Below are positions 59,742 through 64,000 of a stretch of DNA of 64,000 nucleotides, in pieces (position 1 is the first letter of the stretch; the number at the start of each line of letters is the position of its first letter). Source of the DNA: Candidatus Versatilivorator sp. (GTDB lineage: Bacteria; Acidobacteriota; Terriglobia; Versatilivoradales; Versatilivoraceae). The translations under genes and the position numbers were made by a program. The DNA is taken from contig OZ242296.1 of the NCBI GenBank assembly GCA_965207735.1, forward strand, positions 928,001-992,000, given 5' to 3'. The notes under the pieces are model-generated. The model saw only the letters and a list, made by a program, of their open reading frames with translations. It was not told where the DNA came from and searched no databases.

Positions 59742-60536
59742 GTGCGTTTGGTCGTCAAACTGGGCGGAAGCTTGTTGACGGAACCCGGGCTTCTCCATAG
59801 AATTGTCGCCCAACTTCTGGGCCTGAGGCGTCGCGGCCACCAGATTATCGTGGTTCACGGCGGCGGAAAGCAGATCAAGCATTACTTGAATGAGTTGCGC
59901 ATTCCCACAGAAACCCATAGGGGGTTGCGGGTTACCGACGCGGAGACCATGCGGGTGGTGCTGATGGTCCTGGGCGGCTTGGTCAACAAGAACATCGTAG
60001 CGGTTTTCAATGACCTGGAGGGAAGAGCGGTCGGTCTGTGCGGCGCCGACGGATCGAGCTTTCTGGCTCACAAATTCCGGGATGACCAGGAGGAGGATCC
60101 TCCCTTCGACTACGGGCAGGTAGGAGAGATCTCCCAGGGAAATCCCTCCCTGGTGGACCTGCTGCTGGAGCACAACTACTGTCCGATTATCGCCTGTATC
60201 GGAGTCGGGCCGGACGCCGCATTCTACAACGTAAACGCCGATGAGATGGCCTCGGCCGTAGCCCTCATCTGCCGGGCCGATCGGCTGATCTTTCTCACCG
60301 ATGTCCCGGGCGTGCTGGATGCCGACCGTCAGGTCATTCCCCAACTCAGCCGGACGGAAATGGAGCGTCTGCGGAGTGAGGGCGTGATTTCGGAGGGCAT
60401 GCTTCCCAAGACGCGTGCCTGTGAACGGGCCATCCGGGAAGGACTCTCCCAGGTGCATATTGTGGGCGGGAAAGAGGAAGACTGCCTGGTTCGGCTGCTG
60501 CAAAACGGTGAGCCCCTGGGGACGGCGATCCACTGA
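59742..60536 (+). CDS. argB: Acetylglutamate kinase
   Basis: VKLGG, VHGGG, GLRVTD, NVNAD and GMLPK. Confidence 0.95.
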   Translation: MRLVVKLGGSLLTEPGLLHRIVAQLLGLRRRGHQIIVVHGGGKQIKHYLNELRIPTETHRGLRVTDAETMRVVLMVLGGLVNKNIVAVFNDLEGRAVGLCGADGSSFLAHKFRDDQEEDPPFDYGQVGEISQGNPSLVDLLLEHNYCPIIACIGVGPDAAFYNVNADEMASAVALICRADRLIFLTDVPGVLDADRQVIPQLSRTEMERLRSEGVISEGMLPKTRACERAIREGLSQVHIVGGKEEDCLVRLLQNGEPLGTAIH

Positions 60537-60659
60537 CGGTGGCTGCGCTCGCACTGCTCCCCGGGATTGGATACCGCTCCCATCGGTTCCCGGGTCAGTC
60601 TCTTGGGAGCTCCCCGGCGCTGTCCACGGCGCCCCACTCACGGTTCGGAGGACTTTTCG

Positions 60660-61865
60660 ATGAATCTGAAACAAATCGAGGAATTCGAGTCCCAGGTCCT
60701 GTTCAGCAACTACAAGAAGTATCCCCTTTTTGTGCAAAAGGGCCGCAAGTGCATGCTTTACGACTTTGAGGGCAAGCGTTACCTCGATCTGCTATCCGGC
60801 ATCGCCGTCAGCGCCTTGGGCTACAATCACCCGCGCATCACCAACGTAATGCGCAAGCAGCTCAAGAAGTTGGTCCACATCTCCAACCTCTTCTATCACC
60901 CCTATCAGGCCTTGCTGGCCCGGAAGCTGCTGGAAATCTCGGGAATGGAGCGGGCATTCTTCTGCAACAGCGGCACCGAGGCCGTGGAAGCCTCCTTCAA
61001 GCTGGCTCGGGGCTATGCCTACAAGAACAAGCTGGGCGAAGACAAGAACCAGGTTCTGACGCTGGACGATTCCTTCCATGGACGGACTTATGGAAGCCTT
61101 TCCGCCACCTACAACGACACCTATCGGACCCCCTTCGGACCCCTGGTCCCGGGGTTTCAGTTTGTGAAGCGCAACGAGGTGGAAGACCTGCAAGCCAAGT
61201 TCAATGACAAGGTCTGCGCCATTGTCATCGAACCCATCCAGGGCGAGGGCGGAGTGCACTCCTGTTCCCGGGAATTTCTGCAAGCGGCGCGTGACCTCTG
61301 CCAAAAACACCGGGCTTTGCTCATTTTCGACGAGATCCAGAGCGGCCTGGGACGAACGGGGCGCTACTTCTACTTCCAGAAGTTCGGTATCCGACCGGAC
61401 ATCATTACTCTCGCCAAGCCACTGGGGGTAGGCTTGCCGCTGGGTTCGGTGCTGACCTCCAAAGAGATCTCCTTGACCTTTGGACCCGGCGACCACGGAA
61501 CCACCTTCGGAGGAGGCCCCCTGGCTTGCCGCATGGGTTTCGAATTCATCAAGGTCCTTCAGGAAGAAGGGTTTCTGGCGGGAATTCGCGAGAAAGGGGA
61601 GTTTTTCAAGCAGAAACTGCTGGATCTGAAACGGAAGTATTCCTTCGTGGTGGATGTGCGCGGCGAGGGGCTGATGCTGGCTATTGAAGTCAACTTTCCG
61701 GCCCGGGAGATCGTCAACCAGTGCCTGGAGGCCGGTTTTGTGATCAACGTGACCGCCAACACGGTGCTGCGTTTTCTTCCACCCTATATCATCACCAAAA
61801 AAGAGATCGCTCGCTTTGTCAAAGCCCTCGACAAAATTTTCTCCAAAGTTCCCGCCGCTCAATAG
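60660..61865 (+). CDS. argD: Acetylornithine aminotransferase
   Basis: NSGTEA, SFHGRT, EPIQGEGG, DEIQSG..AKPLG and HGTTFGG. Confidence 0.95.
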   Translation: MNLKQIEEFESQVLFSNYKKYPLFVQKGRKCMLYDFEGKRYLDLLSGIAVSALGYNHPRITNVMRKQLKKLVHISNLFYHPYQALLARKLLEISGMERAFFCNSGTEAVEASFKLARGYAYKNKLGEDKNQVLTLDDSFHGRTYGSLSATYNDTYRTPFGPLVPGFQFVKRNEVEDLQAKFNDKVCAIVIEPIQGEGGVHSCSREFLQAARDLCQKHRALLIFDEIQSGLGRTGRYFYFQKFGIRPDIITLAKPLGVGLPLGSVLTSKEISLTFGPGDHGTTFGGGPLACRMGFEFIKVLQEEGFLAGIREKGEFFKQKLLDLKRKYSFVVDVRGEGLMLAIEVNFPAREIVNQCLEAGFVINVTANTVLRFLPPYIITKKEIARFVKALDKIFSKVPAAQ

Positions 61866-61945
61866 GGCTCGGAGCATCCCGGCGGCAACCAACGGGCCCC
61901 GGTGCATCCCTGCACCTCCGGCCCTCAGGCCCAGGGGCGGTGCTC

Positions 61946-62905
61946 ATGTCTGATCCCGCCGCGCACGGTTCAGCCTCCAGGGAGCGTCTCGGCGTCTCCG
62001 ATCTGTTGTCCATTCAGGACCTGACTCCCGAGGACATCCGGCTCATCTTCACGGTCACCCGTCGAATCAAGCAGGCCCCTGACGAATTCGCCCGCAGCCT
62101 GAAGGGTAAGACACTGGCCATGATCTTCGAGAAGCCGTCCCTGAGAACGCGGGCGACCTTCGACGTGGGCATGACCAGCATGGGAGGACAGGCCCTGTTT
62201 TTGGACCACAGCGACGCCAAGCTGGGAGAACGGGAATCCATCAAGGACGTGGCGCGCAATCTGGAGCGCTGGGTCCACGGGATCGTGGCCCGCACCTACA
62301 AGAACCGCTCGGTGGTAGAGTTGGCGGAACATGCCCGGATTCCGGTGATCAACGGACTCACGGATCTGCTGCACCCCTGCCAGGCCCTGGCGGACTACTT
62401 CACCCTGAGCGAGAAGCTGGCCTTGGGCTCCGGTGTCAGACTCTGCTTTGTGGGAGACGGCAACAATACCTGTCACTCTCTGATCCTGGGGGCCGCCCGG
62501 CTGGGAATTCACTTGTCGGTGGCCACCCCGGCGGGCTATGAACCCAACCCCGAGATCGTCCGTGCCGCCATGCGCACGGCTGCCGGCACCGGCGCCACCA
62601 TCGCGATTTTGAGAAATCCCAGGGAAGCCGTCCGGGGGGCGCAAGCTGTCTACACCGACGTATGGGCCAGCATGGGTCAGGAAGCGGAGACGGAAGACCG
62701 GGCAGCGGTATTTGCCGGCTATCAAGTAAACAGCGAACTGATGGAGCTGGCCGACAGGGAGGCGTTGTTCATGCACTGCTTGCCCGCTCATCGCGGCTAT
62801 GAAGTGGCGCCCCAGGTGATCGACTCGCCGCAATCGGCGGTCTACGACCAGGCCGAGAATCGCCTTCACGTTCAAAAGGCCTTGCTGTTGCTGCTGATGA
62901 GTTAG
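61946..62905 (+). CDS. argF: Ornithine carbamoyltransferase
   Basis: KPSLRTR, HPCQ, TDVWASMG and HCLP. Confidence 0.95.
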   Translation: MSDPAAHGSASRERLGVSDLLSIQDLTPEDIRLIFTVTRRIKQAPDEFARSLKGKTLAMIFEKPSLRTRATFDVGMTSMGGQALFLDHSDAKLGERESIKDVARNLERWVHGIVARTYKNRSVVELAEHARIPVINGLTDLLHPCQALADYFTLSEKLALGSGVRLCFVGDGNNTCHSLILGAARLGIHLSVATPAGYEPNPEIVRAAMRTAAGTGATIAILRNPREAVRGAQAVYTDVWASMGQEAETEDRAAVFAGYQVNSELMELADREALFMHCLPAHRGYEVAPQVIDSPQSAVYDQAENRLHVQKALLLLLMS

Positions 62906-62917
62906 AGGAGGTTTGCC

Positions 62918-64000
62918 GTGGTCAGGAAAGTCGTACTCGCCTATTCCGGCGGGTTGGATACCTCGATCATCATTCCCTGGCTTAAGGACAACTATGGCTG
63001 TGAAGTGATCGCCATGGCGGGCGATGTCGGCCAGGCCGAAGAGCTGGAGGGACTGCAGGAAAAGGCGCTGAAAACCGGAGCCAGCAAGCTCTACGTGGAG
63101 GATCTCAGGGAGGAGTTCATTCGGGACTATGTCTGGCCCACCTTGCGGGCCGGAGCCATTTTCGAGCGCAAATACCTGCTGGGAACCTCCATTGCCCGCC
63201 CCATTCTGGCCAAGCGCCAGGTTGAGATCGCCATCCTGGAAGGAGCGGATGCGGTGGCTCACGGTTGCACCGGCAAGGGCAACGACCAGGTCCGTTTCGA
63301 ACTCACCTACAAGGCCCTGGCTCCCCACCTGCAGGTGATTGCTCCCTGGCGGGAGTGGGACATCATATCCCGGGAGGATGCCATCGATTACGCCCACCAG
63401 CGGCGAATCCCCATCACGGCAAGCAAGGAAAAGATCTACAGCGAAGACCGCAACCTATGGCACCTCAGTCATGAAGGGGGGTCGCTGGAAGACCCGACCT
63501 CCGAACCCGAGGAATCGGTCTGGAGTCTCACCGCGGCGCCGGAGGAGGCGCCCGACCGGCCCCGTTATCTGGAAGTGGAATTCGAATCGGGGACCCCGGT
63601 CGGACTGGACGGCCGGCGCCTGGCGGCAGCCGAACTGGTCGAGCAGGCTAACCGGATTGGGGGAGAACACGGCATCGGACGGGTCGACATGGTTGAGAAT
63701 CGATTGGTGGGAATGAAGTCCAGAGGGACCTACGAGACTCCGGGCGGAACCATTCTGATGCAGGCTCATCGAGAGCTGGAGTCCATCTGCCTGGACCGGG
63801 ACACCCTGCGGGTCAAGGACACGCTGGCTCTCACCTACGCCGACCTGGTCTACAACGGGCAGTGGTTCACCCCGCTGCGCGAGGCCCTGGATGCCTTTGT
63901 GACGGCGACTCAGCAGCCGGTCAGCGGCGCCGTCCGCCTGAAACTCTACAAGGGCAACCTCACGGTGGCCTCCCGCTCCTCCCCCCACAGCCTCTACCGG
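62918..64000 (+). CDS. argG: Argininosuccinate synthase (truncated by window end)
   Basis: Hand translation from GTG 62918 (GAGGAGG RBS): [27 protein letters not shown] and [17 protein letters not shown]. Confidence 0.96.
   Translation, partial: MVRKVVLAYSGGLDTSIIIPWLKDNYGCEVIAMAGDVGQAEELEGLQEKALKTGASKLYVEDLREEFIRDYVWPTLRAGAIFERKYLLGTSIARPILAKRQVEIAILEGADAVAHGCTGKGNDQVRFELTYKALAPHLQVIAPWREWDIISREDAIDYAHQRRIPITASKEKIYSEDRNLWHLSHEGGSLEDPTSEPEESVWSLTAAPEEAPDRPRYLEVEFESGTPVGLDGRRLAAAELVEQANRIGGEHGIGRVDMVENRLVGMKSRGTYETPGGTILMQAHRELESICLDRDTLRVKDTLALTYADLVYNGQWFTPLREALDAFVTATQQPVSGAVRLKLYKGNLTVASRSSPHSLYR

Noticed and set aside
58658-64000. arg operon lacking argJ/argA
   Set aside because: These genes are commonly encoded elsewhere and the operon is cut by the window edge.

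Overview
High-GC bacterial DNA, probably Acidobacteriota (inferred from an acidobacterial-type VWA protein and the style of the housekeeping genes). The FN3/cadherin/sulfatase proteins hint at a marine or sponge-associated lineage, which is a weaker inference. The window has two parts. (1) About 1-25.6 kb is an accessory, island-like block ending at the 3' end of tRNA-Ser(CGA). It carries a ZnuD-like TonB-dependent receptor with a His/Asp/Glu repeat loop, which the ORF track misses because it runs off the left edge. Divergent from it is a tightly coupled operon: a DUF318 metal permease FUSED to an HflK-type SPFH domain, then hflC-like, a second hflK-like, a periplasmic binding protein, a small membrane protein and a ZIP-like protein. 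A STAS protein, czcCBA, a Na/Pi symporter, an adhesin remnant, a 1762-aa sulfatase-adhesin and a hybrid kinase/DNA-binding regulator follow. (2) About 25.6-64 kb is mostly core genome: tadA, tRNA-Arg(ACG), a nitrilase, sulfatases, rhomboid, VWA, M16, psd-pssA, LytS/LytTR, NCS2, mdh, icd, ROK/sugar ABC, MMPL and argCBDFG, with two intergenic clusters of small repeat elements. The best candidate for an undescribed system is the permease-HflK/HflC/HflK operon, a possible SPFH-caged metal-transport complex with no ftsH in the window. All family assignments come from motif recognition by eye; no database searches were run.
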